From a virus (Duplodnaviria; Caudoviricetes), in IMG/VR virus record IMGVR_UViG_3300042196_000276, positions 1 through 39,216 of that record: a stretch of 39,216 bases of DNA. One strand, 5' to 3'. The translations under genes were made by a program, and so were the position numbers. Positions within the stretch are counted from its first letter, which is position 1; every line of letters begins with the position of its first letter. Below the pieces are notes generated by a model. That model worked only from the letters and a program-made list of their open reading frames with translations. It did not search any database and was not told the DNA's origin. Shown here one piece after another: positions 15,705 to 24,957 of this stretch.

Positions 15705-17656
15705 GCGCCCCGTTCCAGATTTTGCGGCCGTCGTCGCCGCTCGGCTACCGCCGGGTCATCGCCGACCTGGTAGACCTGCTGCCTTGGAAGCAGGAGCCGG
15801 ATTCCGAGACCCCGGAGTCGATCCCGCACGTCCTCGCCCGCAAGGTCGGCGGCGCCGAGATGCAGCGCCGGGCGCAGCGCTTTCTGGTCGCGTGGAACGC
15901 CTACGCGGAGACCGACCTGTTCTTCTTCGGGCGCTACTGCACCCGCACAGGGGACCGGGTTCACCCTCGGTATGGGGTGCAGATGGACCGCCCGCGGCTG
16001 GACGACCCGGGGCGGTACTACCTCTTCGAGATGTACCGCGAGCTGGAGCGGCTGCTCCACGAGCGCGGCAAGGACGGACGGCCCCTGCTCCACAAGCTGT
16101 GGATCTACCACACGAGGCGCGGGTTCAAGTCCACGGCGATGAAGGACCTGATCCTCCAGGCCTACCACCGCATCCCAGGGTATTCGGTGGTGGTGTACTC
16201 CAAGCGCAAGAAGCCGCAGGCGACCGACCGCGTTGCCTCTATCCGCCTGGAGTGCGAGACGAACCGCCTGCTTCACCGCATGCGCCCCGATCTCTATTGG
16301 GGAGCCGCCTTCGAGGGGCCTGAGGAGCAGTTGTCCGAGGTTGTCCGAGGCGAAGCGTCGAGCGCCGGCGTCGAATGGAGCTCCTTCCAGTTCGGGCTGA
16401 AGCGCCACGGTGCCGACCTGACCCGGGCCGACCCGTCCTGCCGCGCCGCCGGCATCCTCGCCGGCCTCTACACCGGAGCTTCGACGTCGATGCGCTGCTT
16501 CGACGACTGTGTCGACGACGAGAACGCCAAGGACGGCACCGGCAGCGAGCTCGCGACGCAGACGCTCCAGGCGTTTCGCCAGGCGCAGAAGATCACCGAC
16601 CCGGCGCTGGATCCGCTGGACGTCTACGTCGGGACGGATTACGAGGGGAAGACCCCCTACCAGATGGCGATCCAGCAGGGGATCATCCGCCGAGTCTGGA
16701 GGCTCGGCGCGCTCAACATGGACATGCCGGACCGCCAGTACGAGGACATCGGCGGCGGCACCCCGATCTTTCTCGACGCCGACGAGCTCCGTGAGCAGCG
16801 CGGCAAGGACGAAGAGGCGTGGCTCGACTTCGTGCGCCAGTACCTCTGCGACCCTTCGCGGGCCGGCCACAAGCCGCTCGACGCGGACGGGATCGCCTTC
16901 TACAGCGAGAGCCCGGAGCGTTTCTGCGCTGGCTGCCCGCTCGTCGCCACAATGGACCCAGGCGGCAGCGGCTACCACCTCAGCAAGAAGGGCATGATCT
17001 CGGACAGCTCCTGGGGGATCTGGGCGTTGCTGCCCGGCGGCCACTTCGCGCTGCTGGACGCCCAGGTCGACATCATGACGCCGACGCAGCGTGCCGAGGC
17101 GCTCGTCGCCGCGGTCGCGAGCTGGACGAACAGGGGGTTCAGCTTCCTGCACGCGATCGTCGAGCAGCCGGCCCAGAACAGCGACGGCGAGCACATCGCT
17201 GCCGAGCAGGACCGCACCAAGGTGTACTTCCCGGTCTACTCGATCCCCCGTGGGGGCCGGAAAGAGAGCTCGAAGAAGGAGCGGCTCTACCGCTGCCTGG
17301 AGCCGATGCTCTCGGGCGCTCGACTGCACTTCCCAGAGGGTCTGACGCGCTCGCGTCGCCACCGCACCGTCAACCTCGGCACCTACATCCGGGACAAGGT
17401 CGGGGAGTTTCCTGCCGGCAAGTGGCTCGACGCCCTGGACATGGTCGCGCTCCTCGCCGAGCCCGAAGGTCGGCGCTGCTTCCTGTACCAGGGCGGCGTG
17501 AAGCCACGTGAGCCGAAGCACGGGCTGCCGCGGCTTTCCCACCCGGCCCGCCGGCGCAACCGCGTCTTCGGCCCGTCGAAGCCCAAGAAGACCCGCGCCA
17601 GCAAGCACAGCTTTTTGCTCATCGGGGTGCCCGGGCACCGGAGGGCCGTCGCATGA
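15701..17656 (+). CDS. terL: Terminase large subunit
   Basis: Walker A-like RRGFKST, Walker B CFDDCVD, motif C YVGT, nuclease TMDPG and DALDM. Confidence 0.9.
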   Translation: MSAPFQILRPSSPLGYRRVIADLVDLLPWKQEPDSETPESIPHVLARKVGGAEMQRRAQRFLVAWNAYAETDLFFFGRYCTRTGDRVHPRYGVQMDRPRLDDPGRYYLFEMYRELERLLHERGKDGRPLLHKLWIYHTRRGFKSTAMKDLILQAYHRIPGYSVVVYSKRKKPQATDRVASIRLECETNRLLHRMRPDLYWGAAFEGPEEQLSEVVRGEASSAGVEWSSFQFGLKRHGADLTRADPSCRAAGILAGLYTGASTSMRCFDDCVDDENAKDGTGSELATQTLQAFRQAQKITDPALDPLDVYVGTDYEGKTPYQMAIQQGIIRRVWRLGALNMDMPDRQYEDIGGGTPIFLDADELREQRGKDEEAWLDFVRQYLCDPSRAGHKPLDADGIAFYSESPERFCAGCPLVATMDPGGSGYHLSKKGMISDSSWGIWALLPGGHFALLDAQVDIMTPTQRAEALVAAVASWTNRGFSFLHAIVEQPAQNSDGEHIAAEQDRTKVYFPVYSIPRGGRKESSKKERLYRCLEPMLSGARLHFPEGLTRSRRHRTVNLGTYIRDKVGEFPAGKWLDALDMVALLAEPEGRRCFLYQGGVKPREPKHGLPRLSHPARRRNRVFGPSKPKKTRASKHSFLLIGVPGHRRAVA

Positions 17657-17883
17657 CCCCCAGGACCATGACGCTCGCCAGCATCGAGCAGCTCGCGAGG
17701 GCGCTTTCCGAGGCCGCCATCGGGTTGCTGGAGCCCCACAACGGCACCTACTACGTGCGTGTTCATCCCAGCCTGGTCTCGTCTCCTGAGCGCCGAGAGG
17801 CGTTCCTCGTCTACTGCGAAGCCCATGGCGTCGAGCTGTTCGACGAGGGAGACGTTCCTCGGGAGGCGATTCTCAATGGCTGA
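17653..17883 (+). CDS. Hypothetical protein
   Basis: ATGA-coupled between TerL and portal. Confidence 0.65.
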   Translation: MTPRTMTLASIEQLARALSEAAIGLLEPHNGTYYVRVHPSLVSSPERREAFLVYCEAHGVELFDEGDVPREAILNG

Positions 17884-20041
17884 GCTGATGGACGCCGACG
17901 TCCTCTCGGTCGAGGAGCTCGAGGCCGAACAAGGGTCGCTCGAGGACCTGGCGCTGACTCGCTGGAGCCGATTCCTAGAGGAAAACGGGCCGGCGATGGA
18001 ACGCCTCAAGGAAGAAGCGCAGCAGATGCAGGCGATGGCGTCGCCGAGGGGCAGTCACATGCCGCCGGAGATTCAGAAAATCTTCGAGGAGCTCTCCCTG
18101 CCGTGTCTGAGCCTCAACGACATCGACCCGATCATCGCAAACCTGGCCGGCCGCGAAGTCGTCGCCCGAGCGGCGCCCAAAATCGTAGCTCGCGACGACG
18201 ACAGCGGCCCCTTCGCCGACGCGTGCCATACTAGCATCACCTCTATTCGCGAGGACGGGGACTTCGAGATGGAGATCGCCGCCGCCTACCGTGAGGCGCA
18301 CAAGGCCGGCTTTTCGGCAGTCGAGTACCCGGTGCGGATGGGAAGGGTTACCCCGGAATTCGCCGCGGAGAAGGTGCCGATCGCCGAGCTGCTGTTGGAC
18401 TTGACGGACAACAGCCCGAACTACCGGAAGGGCACCGGCATCGCCCGCGGACGCTTCCTGTCGCTCTCGCGTCTGAAGCGCGAGTACCCGGAATTTGCCA
18501 AGTTCTGGGCCTCCATCAAAGAAGACGACACCTACCAGTTCAGCGGTCCCGGCAACGCCTGGCTGTGGGGATCGTTCGGCGTCGGGGCGATCGACGACGG
18601 CTTTTCGTGGAGAAACTCGACGCTGTCGTCCAAGTTCTACAGAAAGCAGACGAACGAGTGCTTCTTCGTCCGCTTCTTCTACTCGGACTCGAAGCCGATG
18701 CGCGCAGTCCGAATGCCAGGGGAGACCGTTCACCTCTTCGATTCCGAGCTGCCATACGACGATTACGCTTCGGGCGCCATCCCCGACGAGCTCCTGACCA
18801 GCATCCTGGCTGAAGGGTACCTCGGCGCTTTCGGGCCTGAAGGCCCGACGGTACCTGCCGCCCTCGGCTGGGCGGCCCACCAGGCCGAGGTGGTCGTGCA
18901 GCAGCAGGAGCTCGCGGCGCAGCAAGCCGCCGCTCAGGCCGAGCAAACCGGCGACCCGCCGCCACCGCCCTACGCGCCGCTGAAGAAGATTTTCCGGCAA
19001 TTCACCCCGAAGGAGTTTCTGGAGTTCAAACGGGGCTACCTGCTGGCGTCGGGGAAGTCCTTCGTCGACGTCTTCGAGGTCGACGAGGACGAGTGGTGGG
19101 AAGCGATCATCGTTGGGCGCAAAGTGCTCCGCGTCCGGAAGATGCGTCACGGCATGCCGTCGATCCTGGCGCTCGTCTGCTTCGCCGACGAAGGGCCGGA
19201 CGGCCAGACGCCGGTCGGCACTGCCCGCAAGCTCCGCGACCGCCAGATGTGGAAGAACGCCGTCGCCAACAGCTATGCCTACGCCCTGGCGACGATGACG
19301 AAGGTCCAGTTGACCGGCGACCCGGACATGTTCACTCCGGAGGAGCGGGAGGAGCTCGAGGACAACCTGACCTCGGCAGCCCCGATCCTCTGGGTGAAGC
19401 CGGAAGCGCTGACCGAGGCGCCAGGTCGGCGCGATATCCCCCGGGGGATCGAGCAGGCGTTCGAGCGCTTCGACAGCATCGTCCCCGGCGGCATCGGCCA
19501 GACCCAGGCGACGCTCGGACAGCTCTCTACCGTCAGCCGCACAGCCTACCGCCTCGTGTCTCAGCAGCGCGAGGATGCTCAGACCGCAGTCAGCGAGCCC
19601 GTAGACCACCTCCGCGTCCACCGCAAGATGGAGACGCTGCTGTTACTAAGGTACATCTTCACCTATTGGGGGCCGGAGGACTTCGCCGAGGCCGCCACGG
19701 CCGACTACGCCGACGCCATCCCGAAAGACCGCTCCGACTGGTGGCGAGCCTTGAGATTTCGCATGGTCTACGACGAAGAGCCAAAGACGCGCCACGCGAG
19801 CCTTGCGACGCTCGAAGTGCTCGGCAACTCGGTGCTCGGAAGCGTTGTGCCGCCAGAAGCACTGATGGAGATCTCGCAGCCTGCGATCGGGTCGAAAGCC
19901 TACGGTCGCTGGCGCGAGAAAGTCGAGGCCGAGGAGCCGCAGAAGGCGCTGCAAATCGTCGCCGCCGCCAACGGCATCACCCCTGAGGACTTGATGGCGA
20001 TGATCCAGCGAGCTCAGCAACCAGAAGGAGCCCCCGGATGA
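17876..20041 (+). CDS. Portal protein (P22-like)
   Basis: About 720 aa after TerL; PCLSLNDIDPII..LAGRE and GTARKLRDRQMWKN are podovirus portal patterns. Confidence 0.85.
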   Translation: MAELMDADVLSVEELEAEQGSLEDLALTRWSRFLEENGPAMERLKEEAQQMQAMASPRGSHMPPEIQKIFEELSLPCLSLNDIDPIIANLAGREVVARAAPKIVARDDDSGPFADACHTSITSIREDGDFEMEIAAAYREAHKAGFSAVEYPVRMGRVTPEFAAEKVPIAELLLDLTDNSPNYRKGTGIARGRFLSLSRLKREYPEFAKFWASIKEDDTYQFSGPGNAWLWGSFGVGAIDDGFSWRNSTLSSKFYRKQTNECFFVRFFYSDSKPMRAVRMPGETVHLFDSELPYDDYASGAIPDELLTSILAEGYLGAFGPEGPTVPAALGWAAHQAEVVVQQQELAAQQAAAQAEQTGDPPPPPYAPLKKIFRQFTPKEFLEFKRGYLLASGKSFVDVFEVDEDEWWEAIIVGRKVLRVRKMRHGMPSILALVCFADEGPDGQTPVGTARKLRDRQMWKNAVANSYAYALATMTKVQLTGDPDMFTPEEREELEDNLTSAAPILWVKPEALTEAPGRRDIPRGIEQAFERFDSIVPGGIGQTQATLGQLSTVSRTAYRLVSQQREDAQTAVSEPVDHLRVHRKMETLLLLRYIFTYWGPEDFAEAATADYADAIPKDRSDWWRALRFRMVYDEEPKTRHASLATLEVLGNSVLGSVVPPEALMEISQPAIGSKAYGRWREKVEAEEPQKALQIVAAANGITPEDLMAMIQRAQQPEGAPG

Positions 20042-21072
20042 GCGAGATGCAGATTGTCGAAGACCAGGAGCCCGTCGACCTGCGCCCCGGAGAGTTCGAG
20101 GACGTAGAGGCGGACCCCAACCACCGCCTCTACGACGACGAGCCTGAGGAGCAGGTGGCCGAGCCCGAACCCGAGCCGCCTGCGCAGCCGAGCTTCGAGA
20201 CCCCGCGCGAGCACGGGTTGTACCGGGCGCTGCGCAAGGCCGAAGAGCGACGCCAGCACGAAGTCGGTGAGCTCATGCAGGGGTTCGAGACGCTGCAAGA
20301 GCAGGTCTCGCGCCTGACCAAAAACCTCGACGACGAGGAAGCGGCCAGGCGTGAAGCCGCCGAGACGCCCGACGGTAAAGACCCGATCGAAACCCTGACC
20401 TACCGCATCCGCAAGGAGGTTGGGGGCAAAGTGCTCGGCGAGCTCGGCGAGCTGCGAAACGCGATCACCAGCCTCCAGGAGGGCCGGCAGCAGGAGGCCG
20501 AGGCGCAGCGTCAAACCTACCTGCGTGAGCTCGAAGGCCGGGCTGTCGCCGAGACCCGGCAGCACCTCGAAGCCGCCCCGGAGCCGGTCAAAGAATCGAT
20601 CCGCGGCTGGGCACAGCGCAACCACACCCAGATGGTCAGGGAGGGTGCCGACCCGGCCGAGGCCGCGGCGGTCATCCAGCAGGAGATCTTCAACTACTCG
20701 CTGGAGGCGACGAAGCGCGGGATGACGTTGCCGCAGCTCTGGGCGCACGCCCACGGCATCGACGCCGCCGGCAACGGCGGCGGACCGGCGGCGGAACCGC
20801 CACCGCCGGCGGCAGCGGTTCCCGACGACGTGCGTCGCCATCAGCTGGCGCGGCGCACCGCACCACAGGCTACACCTCGGGGGCGCGGTCCGTCACCGGA
20901 CGGCAGCAGCCCGATCGAACAGCTCGCCGCCAGGGTGGGCGAGCTGGATACCGAGACCTTCTACGAGAGGGTCGAGGAAATCGCGGAGGCGTTGAGGCTT
21001 TCTCCGGAGGCCGTCGAGCAACGGGTGGAGACCGTGATTCGACGCGCCGCCAGAGGGGGCCAAAAGGGCTGA
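20038..21072 (+). CDS. Capsid scaffolding protein
   Basis: Acidic N-terminus, long coiled coil, located between portal and capsid. Confidence 0.75.
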   Translation: MSEMQIVEDQEPVDLRPGEFEDVEADPNHRLYDDEPEEQVAEPEPEPPAQPSFETPREHGLYRALRKAEERRQHEVGELMQGFETLQEQVSRLTKNLDDEEAARREAAETPDGKDPIETLTYRIRKEVGGKVLGELGELRNAITSLQEGRQQEAEAQRQTYLRELEGRAVAETRQHLEAAPEPVKESIRGWAQRNHTQMVREGADPAEAAAVIQQEIFNYSLEATKRGMTLPQLWAHAHGIDAAGNGGGPAAEPPPPAAAVPDDVRRHQLARRTAPQATPRGRGPSPDGSSPIEQLAARVGELDTETFYERVEEIAEALRLSPEAVEQRVETVIRRAARGGQKG

Positions 21073-21242
21073 CGCTCCAGGGGCTCGACTCGCGCGACGA
21101 CGAGCCCCTCGTACTCTCCAGTCGCGCTTCCCCGCTCAGGGCGTTACTGAGCTTCGCGTACCAGACGCTGTATTTCTGGCAGTAGAAGCCCCTCCCGACC
21201 GTGGGGTCAGGGGGAACGTCCACACTGCACAGGAGCAGCCTT

Positions 21243-22412
21243 ATGGCAATCGAAAGTTTCCGCGCAGGCGACGTCGGCGTGAACGAGCTCTACCAGAAGA
21301 AGATCTGGCGGCGAGCGACGCAGGCGACCGCGATTTTCAACCCAAAACTTGGATTGTGGGGCAAGCCGGGAAGCGGCAAGCCCTTCATCATCAACAACGA
21401 CTTCAAGAAGGGGTCAGGGCGGCGCGTCGAGTGCCGCTTGCTCGGCAAGCTCAAGGGCGACCCCTACACCGGCTCCGCAGATCTGACGGGCCTCGAAGGC
21501 AAACTGCCGATGGAGACCTTCAAGTTTCAGATCAGCACGATGAAGTCCCCCCCGCTGGGGATCGACGACGAGGAGTCCGACCAGGCCGTTCCGTGGAGCA
21601 TCAGCGACGCCCACATCGACGAGAACGCCGACTATTGGGCGTTGCTCATGGAGGCGGGGGCGCACATGCAGCTCGCTGGGAGCACGTTCACGTCGGCGAT
21701 CGACTACTACCGGCTGAACGGATTCGACATCCGGGCCGGCATCACTTCCACCGGCATCCACCCGCACGCCTACACGCTCGGCAACCCTTCGCTCGTCCCC
21801 ACCCGGGAGATCTTCTCCTCGGTGTCGGGCACGATCGCGGCGAGCGAAAACCTTACGTCGACCGACGTTTGCAACATCACCCTGGTCAACAGGCTGATCG
21901 CGCAGGCCGAGGGCGCCAACCCACCGATCCTGCCGTGCAGGGTCTTCGGCATGTACTGCTATCTCGTCTTCGTCCACAGCGATTGCTGGGGCGACCTGAT
22001 GGCGAGCGCCGGGCAGTACGACAACTTCGCGATGGCCATGCTCCAGGGTGGCCTGGACCCGAAGAAGTCGGTTTTCACCACGAGCAGTCTGCACCCCTGG
22101 AGAAATTGCGTCTTCATCCAGACCCGCTTCAACCCCCCGGCGCAGCACAGCTCGACCGCGGCGCCCATCGCCAACACGCGGAAAATCTACCTGGTGGGAC
22201 AGAACGGCCTGGTTTGTGGGTGGGGCAAGGGGCACGACAAGTCCAAGGTCGTGCTCGAAGAGGAGGCCTACAACCTCGGGGCTCACCGGATGAACAGCCG
22301 CATGCTCTGGGGCGGGTCCAAGATCTACTGGACCGACGCCGACGCGAACCTGCGCGACAACGCCATCGTCGTCGCGAACTGCTACGCCGCCAACACCGGC
22401 GACGCCAACTAG
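21243..22412 (+). CDS. Major capsid protein, N4-gp56/DUF4043 type
   Basis: AGGAG RBS; NDFKKGSGRRVECRLLGKLKGDP.TG...L.GLEGKL and YLVFVHSD motifs; about 390 aa. Confidence 0.85.
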   Translation: MAIESFRAGDVGVNELYQKKIWRRATQATAIFNPKLGLWGKPGSGKPFIINNDFKKGSGRRVECRLLGKLKGDPYTGSADLTGLEGKLPMETFKFQISTMKSPPLGIDDEESDQAVPWSISDAHIDENADYWALLMEAGAHMQLAGSTFTSAIDYYRLNGFDIRAGITSTGIHPHAYTLGNPSLVPTREIFSSVSGTIAASENLTSTDVCNITLVNRLIAQAEGANPPILPCRVFGMYCYLVFVHSDCWGDLMASAGQYDNFAMAMLQGGLDPKKSVFTTSSLHPWRNCVFIQTRFNPPAQHSSTAAPIANTRKIYLVGQNGLVCGWGKGHDKSKVVLEEEAYNLGAHRMNSRMLWGGSKIYWTDADANLRDNAIVVANCYAANTGDAN

Positions 22413-22421
22413 GAGGACATC

Positions 22422-23036
22422 ATGCTGAAGAACATCCTCTACAGCCTGGGCGCCGCTCTCAGCGACGTCCTGTTCACCGCCGCGGCGCGCCGCGGGCTCA
22501 TTCTGTTCGTCGCCGCCGACACCAACGCGAGCACCCTCTCTTCAATGCCATCGGAGGGGCTGCGCCCCGCCTTCGGGCGCGGAGCGCAGACGCTCGAGTT
22601 CTTTTTCGACGAGGACATCACCGGGGAAGTAGACGACATCGGCACCAACCTGGAGGAGGCGGGTGACACGTTCATCTTCCTGCGACTGGCGAGGAACACC
22701 AGCGTCCTCGACGTGCGCGGCTTCTGTTCCGCTTTCGACAGCGGCGGCGGTGAGACGTTCCTCTTCGACGTCGTGTTGAACGCCGCGGTTGACGGCGCCG
22801 CCGCCGCCGACTTTCACCTGGTCGACGCTTCGGATGTCGCTCAGGGCGGCGGCCGGTTCCAGGCCGGGGACGGCACGTCGCCGGTCATCTCCCCGCTCGG
22901 GAAGCGAATCGAGGCCGACGGCGCCACCCTCTTCATCCAGACCGACACCGCACCCAATTCGGCGCCGGCGAGCGGACGCCAGATGTGCATTCTGGTCGAC
23001 GTCGGAGACGTCCCGCAGAGCCCGGTGGCGAGCTGA
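22422..23036 (+). CDS. Putative virion structural (head decoration/cement) protein
   Basis: AGGAGG RBS; directly after the capsid gene; beta-rich. Confidence 0.6.
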   Translation: MLKNILYSLGAALSDVLFTAAARRGLILFVAADTNASTLSSMPSEGLRPAFGRGAQTLEFFFDEDITGEVDDIGTNLEEAGDTFIFLRLARNTSVLDVRGFCSAFDSGGGETFLFDVVLNAAVDGAAAADFHLVDASDVAQGGGRFQAGDGTSPVISPLGKRIEADGATLFIQTDTAPNSAPASGRQMCILVDVGDVPQSPVAS

Positions 23037-23050
23037 GAAAGGAGCACATC

Positions 23051-23671
23051 ATGAAGAAACAGCTCGTTGTGTTTTTGGCCCTGACGGTCTTCGCCGTGCC
23101 GGCGACGGCGCAGAACCTCAACCTCCAACAGCTACGGACCGCCATCGAGGCCGGTACGCTCGGCACGTCGGCCAACGTCGGCACGGCTGCGACCGGATCG
23201 ACGGCGGCCGAGCTCGGACAGGGCAAGACGCATCGAACCGTCTTGACCGTCTCGACGACCTTGCCGGCGATTGCCGGCGGCGCCGATCTCGCGGTAGGAA
23301 AGCTGCTCTACACTTTCCCCGCGGGCGAGATCATCGTCACCAGCGCCTACATGTCGCTGGCGATCACGCAGACGCAGGGCAACATCACCGCGGACACGCC
23401 GGACGGCGGCCTCGGGACGACGATCGGATCGGGGGTGGTCGCCGAGCTCAGCGGCACCGCCGGGAACATCCTCACCGGGCAGACCTTCAACGACTGCAAC
23501 GGCACCGCCGAGGTCAAGACGGCGACGCCGACGGCCGCGGCACCGCTGGTGATCGCCGCCGGCGGCGCCCACACCGTTTACTTCAACGTGGCGGATGGGT
23601 GGGCGGCGAGCGGCGACGCAGCCGCAACGCTCACCGGTACCGTCATCCTTCTCTGGGAGTTCGTCGTATGA
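23051..23671 (+). CDS. Thr/Ala/Gly-rich beta protein in the head module with a Sec-type signal peptide
   Basis: AAAGGAG RBS; N-terminus MKKQLVVFLALTVFAVPATA|QN. Confidence 0.75.
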   Translation: MKKQLVVFLALTVFAVPATAQNLNLQQLRTAIEAGTLGTSANVGTAATGSTAAELGQGKTHRTVLTVSTTLPAIAGGADLAVGKLLYTFPAGEIIVTSAYMSLAITQTQGNITADTPDGGLGTTIGSGVVAELSGTAGNILTGQTFNDCNGTAEVKTATPTAAAPLVIAAGGAHTVYFNVADGWAASGDAAATLTGTVILLWEFVV

Positions 23672-23769
23672 ACGTTCAACAGCTTCAAGAGGTCGTAGCA
23701 GATCTCAAGCGGCGCATCGAAGCGCTTGAAGGCGACGTCAAGAAACCGGCCAAGCCGAAGAAGGACTGA
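23668..23769 (+). CDS. 33-aa coiled-coil peptide
   Basis: MNVQQLQEVVADLKRRIEALEGDVKKPAKPKKD; ATGA overlap. Confidence 0.55.
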   Translation: MNVQQLQEVVADLKRRIEALEGDVKKPAKPKKD

Positions 23770-23772
23770 GCC

Positions 23773-24957
23773 GTGGACTTCCTCACCGTGCGCGCCTACG
23801 TCCGCGACGCCTGGAAGATCCCGGACGCCGCGGCGGAGAACACGCGGCTCAACCGAGCGATCTGCGAAGTGCTGAAGCGCGTGCGGAGCGAGGAGACCAG
23901 TTTCAACCGCGGCCAGATGAGCTTCACCACGGTGGCGGCTCAGGCGACCTACGCCAGGGCCAACGGGGCCGGGGGAGCCAATCTCCTGCCCTACGACTAC
24001 CGTGGCGTGCTCGGCCGCGATCTCTTCAACACCACCAATTCTGTGGAGCGGCGCATCGAAGCCCGGGGGCTCCGGCAGGTGCGCCGTCTCCACAATTCTG
24101 CCGGCCCCGACACCGGGCCGCCGAGAATCTTCGCCTCGGAGAGCCGGACGCTCGACTTCTGGCCGACCCCTGACGGCGCCTACTCGATCGAGGGGCCGTA
24201 CCTCCGTGACCTCGGCACGCCAGTCCCCCGCTACATGGATTCGAACGCCACCTACGACGTCGTGGCGGCCTTCCGTTACGACGCCAGCGAGGGCACCTAC
24301 GTCGACCTCCTCGCCGACCTCCTGAACCCTGGAGAGAGCGCGCTGCCGTTCCCGGCCGGTTCCGGTGACGGCGACGCCTTCTTCATCGGCTTCAGCGCCG
24401 TGCCGTCGACCCCGCTCGTCGTCGTCGTCGGAGACGCCGGCGTCGGCACCTACACCCTGACCTACAAGTACTGGAACGGTTACAGCTTCACGGCTCTCTC
24501 AGGGGTTACCGACGGCACCAGCGACTTCCAGAGCGCCGGCGCCGCGACGGCGGCTTTCACCGATCCGACGAACTGGAAGCCGACCGTCGTCGACGGCTCG
24601 AACCGCATCTACTGGATGAAGATCGAGCGCGACGGCGGCACCGTCACTACCGACCCGACGATCACCGTCGTCGCTTTCACCGGCAACGACACCTGGGAGT
24701 ACTACCTGCTCGAGAACAGCGGCGCAGAGCGCATCGACGCCGACCTCTACAGCAACCAATGGTTCCACGAAGCGCTCCAGGTGCTGGTTCACGGCACCGC
24801 GTACCAGTACTTCATGACTTACGGCCAGGACGAGGTCAAGGCCGCCGGCGCCCAGGCTCGGTTCAGCGACGCTCTTCAGAACGTCAAGAAGAGTGAAGGA
24901 AGCTTTCTCACCCCGCCGAAGGTGCGGATCTCGCTCGGCTACCCACGGAGGATCTGA
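23773..24957 (+). CDS. Head-tail adaptor (tail tubular A-like) with an inserted beta domain
   Basis: Helical N-terminus, FTTVAAQATY, LDFWPTPDGAYSI and a C-terminal helical hairpin (NQWFHEALQVLVHG). Confidence 0.75.
   Translation: MDFLTVRAYVRDAWKIPDAAAENTRLNRAICEVLKRVRSEETSFNRGQMSFTTVAAQATYARANGAGGANLLPYDYRGVLGRDLFNTTNSVERRIEARGLRQVRRLHNSAGPDTGPPRIFASESRTLDFWPTPDGAYSIEGPYLRDLGTPVPRYMDSNATYDVVAAFRYDASEGTYVDLLADLLNPGESALPFPAGSGDGDAFFIGFSAVPSTPLVVVVGDAGVGTYTLTYKYWNGYSFTALSGVTDGTSDFQSAGAATAAFTDPTNWKPTVVDGSNRIYWMKIERDGGTVTTDPTITVVAFTGNDTWEYYLLENSGAERIDADLYSNQWFHEALQVLVHGTAYQYFMTYGQDEVKAAGAQARFSDALQNVKKSEGSFLTPPKVRISLGYPRRI

Noticed and set aside
15656-19621. Long antisense ORFs (15656..17638, 17975..19621) and similar ones across the virion operon
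   Set aside because: These are shadow ORFs expected in high-GC coding DNA. They have no motifs or RBS and lie opposite clear genes.
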